DNA from: Raillietiella orientalis
Lineage: Eukaryota
Reading direction: 5' to 3'
Assembly: GCA_036172245.1 (NCBI GenBank)
Contig: JAYWIR010000001.1
Coordinates: forward strand, 7,440,001 to 7,504,000
Length of the DNA: 64,000 nucleotides
Under the pieces are notes generated by a model. That model was not told where the DNA came from. It saw only the letters and a program-made list of their open reading frames with translations, and did not search any database. The position numbers and the translations under genes were made by a program. This document shows, piece after piece, positions 48,557 to 61,330 of the stretch (its first letter is position 1; every line of letters starts with the position of its first letter).

Positions 48557-50339
48557 TCCTCCGCCTTTGCTTTGACCTCCGCCGTTCCCTCGGCACTTTT
48601 TTCGGGGCAGGGAGATCCTTCGGCAGATTCCCCTAGAAAGGCAACAAGCACTGGTCTTCTTTCAAGACTGCTTCCGAGAGACTGCAGGGAGATGCAGGAT
48701 GGAGAGCCGGCCAAGACGACCGAAGCCCCAGAGTTCCAGGAAAGCAGATTCTTCCTCTCTCCACGGGGGAATCTGGCTCTCTGGAGAGAGGGAGGGGAGA
48801 GAGATCTCGGAGCCGAAACCATCCCATCTACAAGACAAGCCGCAGGCGGATCGCACGCGTTTCCGTCCCTCAAATGGGAGAAGCACCGTCCCTCGTAACC
48901 ATCCCCTCTCTATCCCCTCCCCACGAATGGCACCTCTCGGAAGAGAAGGAAGCGCACGGGATGAAACAGGATCCGCTGCTGTTCGAGCGCGCAAGAGTTG
49001 CTGCAGAAAACCTCGGAGGGGAACACGCCCTGGAGCGTGCGGACCAGGGGAACATGCCTGGCGCATGTTCCCCTGGTCCACAAAGGGCACAGATGCAGCA
49101 CAGCGAGATGGAGGGAGGAGACCTCAAGGTGGGAGGACGGACCCTCCTTGCCAGGGTAGTGAGGGAGGACGGGCCCGCACCGCGAGAAGTGTCGTCGTCC
49201 TCCGCCGTAGCACGGGGGACTTTGGCGCCATATGCCGGGACCGCTTCCCGGAGAGCGGAAGAGGTTGCTGCACGCACGCATGCACACAGCTGTGATTATC
49301 TTCGGCGGATGCTTTTCGGAGATGCTCGGTCAAAGTTTTTGCATACGTCAATAACAAGTTAATAAGGCATGGAAACATCCCGTCTGAGTGTTCCTCGCTC
49401 CTGTAATTGAGTGAGCCTTCCTCGGCGTTCTAATGATGGCGCGTAATTTACTGTGCATCTAAAGTTTCCAATCTTTTATCCAGAATCCCTCATCTCCCCT
49501 CTCGTTTTTTTTTTTCGTTTGTCAAGGAGGAGGCGTCCCGGGCAATGGCGGCTGCGGGCTGTTCCTCAGCGCTTGGACGGCAGAAGCTGAAGGAAGGAGC
49601 ATAGCGAAGCTCCCAGAAGCAGCACGGAGGCATGTGGACCCGGGCACCATTTCCTCTCCACTTTTCCTCTTTTCCATCTTAGCGAGCGTGTGGATAGTTG
49701 TGAGGAGTTGACTCCTCCATCCTCCTTCGTAAAGCGCCACTCGGAGAAAAGGCGCCTCCTGATCATCCGCCGCAGCCGGGAGAAAACTGAACCAGGAAGG
49801 TGGGTGAGTTACCACAGCCTCAGAAGCAGGACAGGGGGAAACTCAGCCTCTCTTTCCCAGCCTTCCTTTCCCTCCCCTTCCCCTCCTTCCCCAGGCCGGA
49901 CGGTGCGCTCGCAAAACGGGCAGAGTGAAGACGGGACCTTCGCTCCGAGGACATTTTCTGCGAAGCGCCCGGTTTGAAACACCCGCGCGCGTGCGCCGGA
50001 CAGAGGGGAGTGTTTGGAGGGGAAGGGGAGACCCGGAGAGAGGCGGGGCAGAGAGGAGGGAAAAGGGCGGGCGGGTCTGCCAGGGCTCTGCGGAGATCCG
50101 TCCAACACGCGCTCGATGAGCAGGCGGCCGCTCAGCGGAGGATGAGGAAGAAGGGGAGGGGGAGGGGGATGAGTTCGCCTTCTTCGGACTTTGGACTCCA
50201 AAGGTCGCGAATCGACCTCGCGCCGTTCCTGCGGAGCAGGCTGCATTTCGACAGCCGATATTTTGGAAAGGTCACCCGCTGGGACTTTGGGGAACTTTTT
50301 GGGGGGAGAGGGAGGGATTTTCTGGATGGACAGAAGGCT

Positions 50340-52400
50340 CCTCCCGTCTCTCCGAACACCTTCAGGTTCCCCGGACGAATACTCCTGGGAAGACCGTTCT
50401 GGCAGAGGTTCCCACCGGCCTGTCGAACTGGTCCTCGGGCCGGCCAGCCCTAGCGACCCCGCCCACGTTAGCAACTACGCCGGGAAAGCAAGAAAGAGCG
50501 CCTCCTCGGAAACGAGAAGGGAGGAGGCGTTACCTGGAGGAACGGAGTAGAATCCTGCCTTTTCCCTCCCACTTGCAATCCCGACGGACACGGGTCCATC
50601 CTCCACGAGCTTCCGGAGGATCCGTGGACCGTGGGGCAGGAATCCGGTCCTTCGAGTCCTTTTTTCCACATCCTCCTGCCGTCCGCTGCCTTCGGCCCTA
50701 CGATCCTCCTGGTCGTCCGACGCGAGCCGCGCGTCCCTCTCTCCCTCCACACTCTTCCCGCAGAACAAGAGGGGCGGGAGGATGGCACACCTCGGGATCC
50801 ACCTCGTCTCGCCCTTTTCTGTGTCGCCTCCGTGCCGCACTCCTGCGGCTAGGGGTTAAAGAGGAGCACTCCGAGGATCTCTCGCTACTGTGCGCCCTTT
50901 CGGCTTGGAGGGCACCCTCCGACGGGCGCGAAGGGCGGCTAGACGCGCACTCCGAGCTGCGAGAGGTGCTCCTTCCGGGGAGCATCCCTTCGGAAACCGG
51001 CGGCAGCTTCCCAGGGGACTCGGCGTCGCCTTGGCGTTGGCAGGGAACTTTGCGACGGCGTTTCTCTTTGGAACGGCGCTCTCCGACGTCCCGCTCTTCG
51101 GGATGCAGCCAATCGAGAGTCCTCGCAATCGGTTCTTTCTCCTTCCCTTGCCCTCCGCGCCCCGGGGAAAAGAAAAAAGGCTCTCCACCGAGATTCATGG
51201 TGTACGGGGAGAGTTCTCCTCCTTCACCGAATCGGGGTGGGGACCAGAAGGGTGACGGATGCTCCTAGCTGCTCCTGGTGGATTGCTCCTCCTCTCCCTT
51301 TCCCCTCTCTGCGGACAAGGAACCCGAGCACACGGGGATAGGGAGGAGAAAGTACGGCCTCTTCCGCTTGCTCCGTGGCGACGAGGAGGAAGCAGGAAGG
51401 GGAGGCTGGGAAGGGGTGAAGGAACCACCTGGGAGTGTCCGGAAGGTCTCCCGAGGGGTGGCGAGGGTTCTCTGGAAAAACAGGGAAAGACTTTCGGCTG
51501 GCATGTGGTCAGCCGAAGACTCCTTTGAGTCGCCCCTTGACTCCACAGGTGTCTCCCCCTTCAGACACCTCTTCCTTGGGCCGGGAGGCCTGCGGTCCAG
51601 CTCGTGAGGCGACCAGGGAGACGAGGGAATGCTAGAGGGAGAGTTCCTTTGAGGAAGTCAGGCTCTGGAAGGACCGACAAGGAGTGCGGGGACCTCAGGA
51701 ACCCACGGACGGCGCTACGAGAAGAGTGCACCGTGTCCTTCACCCCCTCCCTCCCCTGGAAGCACCTGGTCCAGACATTGTTCTACCCACTCATCTGCGA
51801 AGCTTCTATCGCCGAGAACGAGAGACGCAGTGCAGGAGCCAGAGACGAGCGCTCGTGGCAATGCGTGGCCCTCGAGCGGGTTTCTCCAGGCAAACGGAAT
51901 TGAGGCATGTGAGCAAAGGTGAAGGGTATGGGTGAGGAGATCTATAAGGCTTCCGCATTCCCCATACCCACTCCTCGTTTTCGCAACGGCGTCGGCGCTT
52001 GTTGGCAAAGGATCAGGGCCGAAACTGCGCTAGCAGTTGGGAGCCGGGGCTAACAGGAAGGAAAGGACGGCGAACTCCCCAAGAGAATGGGGGATGCGCT
52101 ACTGGGGCTCCTATGGCTCCTGGGGACTACTCTCCAGCGAATGCGGGCGGAGAGACCGATTCGAAAAGTCCCATTTTCGCCCCGCAGGTCCCGGGGCTCA
52201 TCGACGGATCCAGCGGCAACGCTTTCCCCTCCAAGAGCGACGGCGGCACTCGGGGATGCTTCCTGAGCAGGTGGAGCGCCCGACAGCGTGGCTGCGGGGC
52301 TGACCCTCATGCGCAGACCGTACCGGCGTCTCCTAGGCAGCGGCTGGGCGCATCATATCGTTCCCGAAAGTCAGATCGAAATCCGAGGAGGCGATCTTGG
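50340..52400 (+). mobile_element. Decayed RLE-clade-like (R2/NeSL/R4-type) reverse transcriptase relic
   Basis: Ordered remnants: GSPDEYSWED (PGPDG-like), SRRTRVHP, SVPH / RAALLRLGV, GSFPGDSASP (GxFQGDSLSP-like, about 51005), VYGE (YADD position), FRHLFLG, SLPWKHLVQTLFYP (LxPWQK-like thumb) and RGCGADP (zinc-knuckle position). Confidence 0.55.
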
Positions 52401-54840
52401 CGGGATCCCAGGCCGACCCGCACGCGTCTCGCACCCGAAGCGAAGCGGGAGACCAGTCCCGACCGGTGCGACCTCCATCCCGAGAACCCGGGTCCCCTCT
52501 TGCACTCGCGCGCGCGAGACACATAGAGAGAGAGAGAGAGGGTGAGGGAGGGTGTGTGTGGACAGACCGAAGGGGAGCGTCCGGGCGGATCGTGAGGCGA
52601 GGGGGGCATCAGCAGCTTCCGTGGGAATGGACCAGCAGAGGAGGCAAGCGCGCAAAAGGTGAGGCATTAGAATTCCAGGGAAGGAGCGGGAAGGGAACGC
52701 GGCGCGGGAGGGGGGAGGGGAGGTGAAGGTAAGCGAAGGAGCTGTAAATTCATCAAAGGGCTCGCGGAGCAACAAAAGACGAAGTGTGCAATCAGGGAGA
52801 GGACCGTGTGATCGCCGAGGTCGCAAAAAGCGTTTTATTGTTGGCCTTTCGGGAAAACAAGGAGGGTGGGATGACCGGAAGCGATCCAACGGAGCCTACG
52901 GAGGGGGGGGGATCAAAGGCAACAGCAGCAGGGGGACGAGCGGTTCATCCTCCCTCTCGGAAAATATTCGGGGGTGCGTTCCACATCTCCGGAGGTCGCG
53001 CGCGACTTCTTCTCCTGAAGCGAAACGGTGTCTCCTTTTTTTTTTTTTTGTTGGCGTCTTTTGTTTGCCCCCCCTCCCCTCCCCTTCCTTTTCCTCCTCC
53101 TCCTCTTTCCTCACGCCTTCCTTGGCTTCAGCCTCCTCGAACAAGAACAAGGGCGCGAAGATCCGGACGGATTTACGACCGCGGATCCAGCAGCAGCCTC
53201 CCGCTGGTCCTCGAATGGGCCCTTCCGAAACTCGTGAGCAGCACGCCGCGAGACCCCTTGCCAGGTCGACCTCTCCATCCTCGAGGTCACATTTCCTCCT
53301 TTCCCCGCTGTCCGGGAGCCGAGCAACTCCCCCGGGGAACGCCTGGCGCTTCCTTAGGAGCGGCTGCCTTACCAGCTCCAGGAAGAGGAAGAAGACCCTG
53401 CAAAAGAAGTCGTGGCGCCATCCCCCTGACCCCTATTTTTTGATTCTGTGCCCTATGAATCCTCCGGAACCCCACTGTCCGGTCGGATTTGCTCTACCCT
53501 CCGCGTCCTCCCCAGCAGGGAAAAGGAACCTGCGTAGGGCGTGAAACGTTCGTCCTCCTCGTCGCCACTTCGTCCTCGTTCCCTCCTTTTTCCTCCTCGG
53601 GGCGTCCCAACGGCGGACCTCGAATTCGCTGGCGCAGACCCAAAAAGCCTCTCCTCCCGAAGAAGCTGCCTGAGTCCGGGTCAGAAGACGGCTCCCGCTG
53701 GTGTTGACATCTGGAGGATCCGCTCTGGGGAAGAAGAATCTACCCTAGGCAAAGGTCAGAGAGAGGACCTCGGACGTAAGGAGGGCATCCCGAGAGATTC
53801 AGGGAAGGCTGCTTGACCGAAGGCCATTTTCAAATCGCTCGGATTCGCGAGACCGGACAAACGCTTGGGCGCGCGCGCGCAATCCGGTCAAAGGTGTGTG
53901 GCTCCTCCCTCCCGAAGTGCCCCTCAGGAACGCGGGAACCGCGAGCGGCCTAGCGTACGCTCCTGCGCACCTCTCGTCGTCGCCTCGGGGAAAAGGGGAG
54001 CAGCAGCACCAGGAAAGAAAGCGTCGGAGAGATAAGAGCCCCAGGGGCTGCTGCCCAAATGGGCGGACGCCGAGCCGTAGCAACAGCGCTGCTCTCCGGA
54101 AGAGTGCTGCCCCTCCGGATTGGCAAGAGCGCGCAAGTGCAAGGGGCTCGAGATGATCGAAGGGAGGGAGGGCAAGGAACCACGGGCTCCCTTTAGAATT
54201 TCAGGGTTCGCAGGCGCGAACTCCCGTTTCCGGACCTGTCCTTGAGGGTTGGGGAGGGGAGCAGCGTCCCCGAAAGATGGCAAACCAGAGGGATGAGGAG
54301 GGGGACGACGTAGCGGATTCTGGGCCCGACGAAACCGCATGGAAATGGGAGGAGGCTCGAGGAAGAAGGGGTTGGGTCACGCATGACTTTTCATCCACCT
54401 TCGGCCGTGACCCTGATGGACTGCACTTGAGAAGAGCGCCAATGCACGCCCACGCATCCGCGAGATAGCAGAGATGGTGCGGAGCGCTGAGGCTACATCA
54501 CTGTCGGCCGCAGTGCCACATGGTGCTGGTGGGGAAAAATCAGGATTTGCTTCCTCCCTCGAGCAGAGAGGAGAGAGGAAAAGGCAGCGCCAGCAAGCGA
54601 ACATCATGGTCCATGGGAAAGAATGGCGGGAAAGCCATTAGAAGGGGGAGAAAGGAGAGGGATACGAGAAGGATACGAGAGAAGAACGCCACTCTTTCAC
54701 GGCTGTTCCTCCTTGAGATGCTGTTGTGGCAGTGAAGTGTTGGGACGCTCCTTCTGTTCAGCCTCCAACAGCTTGGGAGTACCCCCTTGGTCTCCGCTCA
54801 CAAGAGGGAAGCTGCTGCGCGCCTGACGACAAAGGAGCGT

Positions 54841-55125
54841 GAGTATGCGTGTGAGTGCGTTCTTTCACCTCTTTCTCCTTCCCCCTTCCTCCTCCTCCAA
54901 ATGCCGCCTCCTGTTTCCACCTATTTTGTCTTCTTTTTTTTTTTAAAGGAACCAGGACGAGTGAGAAGAGGAAAAGGGGGAGAGAGAGGGAGAAGGGAGA
55001 GGACATTTTGCTTTTGTTTTTCCCGCTACTTCTTGCTCGCGTCCTCTTTGTCTTCCTCGCTTTCGTCTTCCCGATGCTGAAGACGAAGAATTCCGAATCA
55101 CATTCTGCGATCCCAGTAATTCGTC
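54841..55125 (+). repeat. Diverged non-coding direct repeat copy 1 (partner 57082-57377)
   Basis: Shared anchors gagta.gcgtgtgagtg, ttttg.ttttgtttttcccgct, cttgctcgc, aagaattccgaat and cagtaatt.gtc in the same order. Confidence 0.85.
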
Positions 55126-56499
55126 ATCCGAGCGGTACTCGGCAAGCAGCCATCCGAATCGGTCGCTTCCGAGGTCAGCGCGCCCCGGGCGTCTTCGTCA
55201 GATAGCGGCGACACCCGGTGCCGTTCCGAGTCATCCGGAAACGGCAGTGACTCCAGTTCGGTTTTTTTGTCAGCAGCTGCTCCGAGCTGCTTCTTCTATG
55301 TTTGAACTGAGGTGCCCGCAGCGACCCTGGCGTCTGGCGCCCACATTTTCTCGGAACGCTTTGCAAAACCTGGAGCCCACGCGGAAGCCAATCCCCCCCC
55401 CCCCCTTCCGACTCGCTCCTCGTTCTCCCCTCTTCCCGCCCCTCTCGCGTCTCGCTCTGTCAGGAACCTGAATGTTTTGTGCTGCTACATGCCCCTCCCA
55501 TAGGTGGCAGCGGACTCGTCTGCGAGGCTTCTTCTTGCCGCTCCCCACCCTACTAGGTAACTCCGCCATCAACTCTTGAGGGGATGGCAATTGAGGAGAT
55601 GGCACAAACCTGAAAGCGAGGGGGAAGTACGAGGCGGCGCTTCTCGAATTTCCCCGAACCTCCTCCCGGGAGGAACGTCCCCTCCCCACCCGTTCCCGAG
55701 TTCTCTTGGCGCTTGGGGCTCCTTCAGTTTCACAGGACGCCTCCATCGAGCCCTCGAAGGAGTCGACGAGGGTCCGCGGAGCGCGCGCCGCTGCCGCGCT
55801 CGCAGGGGCGGAGCGGCCAGCGTCGCCGGTCACTCCTCCGCGAGGCAAAAGCGATTTTCCGGCTGCCGCCGCCTCGGGAGACCTCCGCATCATCTTTCGT
55901 CCCACCCGAGGACGGAAACCGGTTCCCGCCTTGTAGGTCACGAGCGACTGGCGCCCGAGCCGCTCTTCCAAGGGGGAAGGTACCGCTCTGCCTCCACCGC
56001 CACCGACGCCGACCTTTCGCCAGCCGACTCTGCGACGGCGTGTCCCCCGGCGACCGTTCCTTCACGAGACCCTCCTCAGACGCTTTCCTTCCCGTCCCCT
56101 CGCCTCCCCGGATGGTCCTGGGCCCTCGGGGACAGCATGCGCTCCGCTCGCATCGTTCCTCTGCCGTCCAGGGCGCGAGAGCGCTCCAGGAAACCCAGCT
56201 TCCCGAGTGGATGCATGTTTCATCTGATTGCAGCTTCATTCCATTAGCCTCCTCGGGAGCACTGCGATCGCATCAATTTGCATCAGTGTTTTAATTTAAT
56301 TAAGGGACAAACACGAGCGGGAGGAAGGCGCGCTCCTTGCGGTTGCCTCGCACCGGCGACGCAGGGCGGAGCAGGAAGGCAGGGAAGCCGACCTCTCCTG
56401 CTCGGCAGCGCCGCCGGGTCGCGCGGTGGCAAAAGGTCGGAGGACCCGCTCTCCCGGCGCTGGACCGGAGCTCCGTGACGTAAAGAGGATGCGGAGAGA

Positions 56500-57650
56500 T
56501 GATGCACCCGAAACGTAACAAACGATAAATTAAGAAAAAGATACGAGGGATGCTCGGATGCCATTCCGCCTTATCTTCCGCGGACGCTCTCGTGCATCTG
56601 GCCGAGCAATCAGATAAAAATGTGTGTTAAAAACTAAAAGCCCTTCTCTCTCTTTATCTGCTGGGATCTTTATGACGGATGCTTTCCATATTTTCCTTCG
56701 ATTTTCATCCAGCCTTCGTACCTCGTTCTTGTCTATAAAATTTATTTCTCTCCGCTGGTTCCTCAACGTCACCATAAATCAAAACGCGGAGCGGAGGATT
56801 CCCACAGGCTCCTGCCTTGTCCACCCGAAAGGACACCAGAAATTAATGCAGGAAAGAAAAAAGAAAAAAAAAAAAAAAAAAAAAAGGTGAACTCTGCTCC
56901 TGTTGAAATCAGTTGCTGGAATCGCGCTGCCTCTGGTCGCCAGGGAGATAGACGCTGCTGCTGCTGCTGCTCCTCTGCCTCTCTCGTCCTACGTTTTTTT
57001 TTCTTCTTCTTTTTCATTTTTGTTTGTTTGTTTGTTGTGTTCGCGCGCGTGCACACATGCCATGTGCTTCTCCCTTGTCCCGAGTAAGCGTGTGAGTGTG
57101 TGTTCCCTCCTCCTCCTCCTCCTCCCTCGAATGTCGCTTCCTCTTTCCATCCGTTTTATTTTTAATTTTTTTTTTTCCGGGGGAGGAGGACGAGGAAGAA
57201 GAGGAAGAGGGGGAGGGGGGAGGGGAAGAGAGAGGGCGTTTTGTTTTTGTTTTTCCCGCTCCTTGCTCGCCTGCTCCTCTTCGTCCTCCTCTGCTCTCCT
57301 CCTCCCTATGCTAACAAAGAATTCCGAATTGAATTCCGTTCGTCGATGTGATCCCAAATTCTTGTCAGTAATTAGTCGTTCAAGAATGTGTCAGCAGAAG
57401 ATAAAATTCCTTGAATAAGGAGTAGAAAAATCACTCCAATCATATAATTTACAGCACTCCGCTCCGCGCAGACAATAATAAATTTCGGTGTAATAGTGCA
57501 GGCTTTCACGAACATAAAATGGGGATTTGCTCCATCTTGATGAATTATTCCTCCGTTTTATGGCATAACTCGCTGCTCGGAATGATGGAGAGTACGGAAT
57601 TAAGGGGTTCCTTAAAGAAAGTCTCTTCTTAATGTTCTGTAGAAATTTGA
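56500..57650. promoter_or_regulatory. AT-rich candidate enhancer with Hox/Pbx(Exd)- and Cdx/posterior-Hox-type motifs
   Basis: CCATAAATCA (= TGATTTATGG) at 56772-56781, TTTATGAC at 56669, CATAAAA at 57513, TTTTATGG at 57556, several GATAA and many TAAT cores. Confidence 0.4.
57082..57377 (+). repeat. Diverged non-coding direct repeat copy 2 (partner 54841-55125)
   Basis: Alignment to 54841-55125. Confidence 0.85.
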
Positions 57651-57869
57651 GTGATTCCTGAGGAACGCGAAAAATCAGCGGAGACGCGGGGGAACACGCG
57701 ACAGGGAAGAGCCGGCCGGGAATCCGGAAGGGAGGGAGCGGCGGGTATGGGGGCCAGGAATCAGCCAGGACGGGCGCGAGCTCTTCTTAACCCTTCTCCC
57801 CTTCCCTCACCCCCTTATTTTCTCCTCCAGCTTCTCTCTCGTCTTCCTGACAAGGGATGCTTTGGTGGA

Positions 57870-60100
57870 CTCCAGCATCAGCAGAAGCTGCGCCGGATAA
57901 CGTCTCAATCTCTGGTTTTCCCGTTGAGATGGTTTCCTCCCTACTCACTTTCTGCAAGGAACGGTGCACCGAAGAGGAGGCAAGATGACATCGTCTTGCC
58001 TCTCCTTGCCTCCTCTTCTCTCTGCTTCTGCCTCTCCATGCTTGCCTTTGCCTCTTCTTCCTTCTGTTTTTGTCTCCTCTTGCCGTCGTCTTGCCTCTCC
58101 TCCGGAAACCGACGATGTCGGAGTACCAGCGACGGTCGGCTCCGAGAGGCGGCCGGCCTGCACTCGGAACGAGGGAGCACAAGAAGCCCTGCTGCTCGTG
58201 CGCCAGGCGCTTCAGCTTCCGTGACCAAACTCCACGTGAAAAGTATTGAGATAACTATGAATCGTGCATCATCTACCATCCTCCTTCTCAACATCACCAC
58301 TGCCACCGCCACCTCTTCCTCCGCGCCACTGGAATCCCCATCCATTCCTCCTTCCCCTACTTATTCGCACCCCACTCACCCACGAGAGCAATGAAACATC
58401 CGAAGGAGGAGGAGTCGAGTAGCGAAACGATACTGGAAACGGCAGCAGTTGCATTCGTTCCCTCGGAGTACCTGGAGCTTCCGCACGGTCACGGTTGCCA
58501 GCTCTGGCCGCTGACAGCCTTCCGCGATGCTGGTCATCAGAGTACGCAGGAAAAGGGTGCCGGCCGAGGGATTTCCGCGAATTTCCGGGATGGCTCAGCT
58601 CCCACTGGGAGGTCCCCGAGATTGCCCACGCGCATCTGGTGATGACTCATCTCTCTCTCTTTCTCTCCGCAGCTCCACTGAGAGCGCTCCCGGTGGGGTC
58701 GGAGAGCGGGGGGGAGGGGCGAGGGGAGAGGAGCCACAGCAACCGTCATGCTGCCGGCTGCACGAAGCGCTCGCCGCCCACGGTAGAAGGGATGATCCCG
58801 AGGTCGCTTTCTCTTCTCCTTCCTCGTCATCTCTCTTCGCCTTGCCGCAGGACAGGTTGGCGTACGCTCCCTGCAGAGGGGCGAGCAAGTGGTCCGCTTG
58901 CTCGGGAGACGGGCCCAAGTTCACCCCTTCCCTCCCCACCATCGCAGAATTCTCTCTCTTGCACCCTGGAATCGCCCACCCGCTGACCACCGCGCGCATT
59001 GCCTTTCACATAGAGCTTTTGGGGGAATTCGGGAAACCCTGAATGACCTCAACGAACCCCTCAGCCTCACCATTCTTCCCCTGGAAACTGCGTCCAAGAG
59101 AGTACAACACGATAAATAGAAAACCTGCGAACCTTCCAGACGTCAAGCGTTCCAGATGGAGCGGTCGCTCCGCGTGCCCGGAGGACTTTTCCTCCTGAGG
59201 CTCACGCACCAGGTCTCCCCTTCTTTGCCCCATCCCCAGAGCGATGCGGAGCGTGGCTCTCCACTGTCCCTCGGCTCCTCGACGGCCGGAGAGTTCCGCG
59301 TCGCTCTCAGTCAGCGCGCGCGTGACAGGGAGCGCCAAACTGCCCTGGGGCTGGCTTCCTCTTCCGCTCTCCCCTTCGCTATCGCCATTCAAGTAGTTTG
59401 GTTAGCGACTGAAAAACATCCGTTCTATTGCTGCACCCGAGCCAGGGGACAGCTGGCGGCAGCTGCTTTCCCGATGGACCGGACGGTGTTCGAGGAGCGG
59501 CAGCTGTTGGCTCGCTCAAGGAACTCTCTTCTCGAGTGGCCTTCGATGGACGGCTGCCGTTCCTCTCCGCTTCGCGTCTCTCCCGTGAGCGCGACGGGAG
59601 GAAGGAGAATCGGAAAAAGACCGGAATGAAGGGAAGCAAGGGACCCTGGGAATCCGGGAAAGGTGAGGACGACTGCCCTATCGGAACTGTTGCTCGGGAT
59701 CATCGCGCGTGTCCGTCCTTCGGGATCCGTCGCTTCCTGTTCGTTCAGCGGGAAAAGGGAAGAGTGCGGAAGAAAAAGCAGGGAGAGGAGACGAAACCGT
59801 AGTCGTGAACAGGAGGAATGTCTTGAGGAATGGTCGGCTGCCGCGCGCCCATTCCTCAAGACGAGAAGGCGAGGAAGAAGGCAAATCAATGCAAGGAGGA
59901 GGGATGGGGCAGGAACGTGTGGATGAAATGCTGCGCCATCCCTTTTCTCCTTATCCTCCATGCCTTCCCTCCCCCATGCCCCCTCCTCGTTGCAGAGGGC
60001 TTGTTTTTTGGTCGGGAGGAAGATTCGCTGGACCAGGATGATTCGCTGGAGGCAGGGGAGAGTCGGTCCTCTGCATTCTGCCAGAGCATCTCCCTCCTCC
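57870..60100 (+). mobile_element. Possible very old LINE ORF2 relic (RT to zinc-binding region)
   Basis: Ordered weak remnants: AAPDNVS, IRSLGVP, SGDDSSLSL (YADD-like), RVPGGLFLL and WGRNVW..LILHAFP..GREEDSL. Confidence 0.35.
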
Positions 60101-61099
60101 GGATGAGCGGCTTCCAGCTGAACCACTTCAGAGAGGTTCGCTTCCTCAAGCGAATCCCCGTCGCCGCCGCCCCGGAAACGGAAAAGCTGGCTCTATTCCG
60201 CCCCGGGCAAAAAGAATCAAGCGAAAGAAACGGCGGGGAACGAACGAGGAGGAAACGGTGCTCAGGTGCAGGTCCAGAAAAGAGGGATGGTTAAGTGAGG
60301 GGCAGACGAGGGGCACACTGGCAGGTAGATTGCCGAGTGGAAGCGGTCCGTTCCTCACCGGAAGTACGGGATGCGGCGGATTGGAGCTCAGGACAGACCA
60401 CTCCCCTCTCCATCCTCTAAAAGGGCTCTCCGTGGACCATGTTCTTAAGAAGAGATGAGCGCCTCGAACGCGCGGCTTTTCGCCGCTGCTCCTGCTGGCG
60501 CTGCTGTCACGACGGTGGTAGCAGGTCAGACGGAGACGGTGGCAGCGTTGGAGACCTAGGAAAGGACTGAAGTGAAGGTTTCCTCTTTCTGTTCGCGATG
60601 GCTACGCCACATACCCGCCCTCCCGAAGGAGTCGCACCACCTCCTGACGCAAGAGCGCTCTCCTCACTCGAGTGCGCAAGCGTGCAAGTGAGCATCACGT
60701 TCTTTTGCCCTCCCCTCCCCTCTTTCTGTTCTCCTAGCGGTCAAAGAAACTGGAAGTGAGTGGGACGAAAGGATCCTCCCTGCTCCCAGTCGGTTTCTCC
60801 GGAACCCCAGACAGACCGGAGTACTCGCTGAAGCTGCCTCAACCTTCCCTCGCCTTGCCCACCTACGCCTCTCTCCACAGATACGAGCCAGGGTGACTCC
60901 TCGCTAGTACGCAGAGGACGACTGCGTAGGAAACGGAGTAGTCCTGGTCATTTGAAGCGGAAGTTCCCATTGGTTGCTCACGGAAGTGACCTTGCAGTCT
61001 TACTTCCGCAGCAGACCACAGATCACATCGTGTCCTCTGCTGGTGTTCAGATGCTCCCGACTGCCCTGACTCTCAGTAGGGAGCACTAGGAGGACAGTC

Positions 61100-61330
61100 C
61101 CTCTCCGAGGTAGGGAGGAAGGGCGGGAGCATAGCAGCGTCGCGAAGACTGCTGCGGAGGCTGACTGTGGCGACTCTGCTAGTCGGGCGTAGACAGTTCC
61201 TCCTCGGAACAGTTCTGCACCTGGAGCAGGAGCAGCCGCGGCTGAGAACGTTCCGAAAATTTCTAGGGCACTTCCTCCTTCTATGCGTTCGTCTCCCCAG
61301 GAGGATCGTCAGGTGGGAACCACGCACTGG
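61100..61330 (-). mobile_element. Possible zf-RVT-like relic
   Basis: LTILLGRRTHRRR..CSRCRTVP in ORF 61073..61327. Confidence 0.25.
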
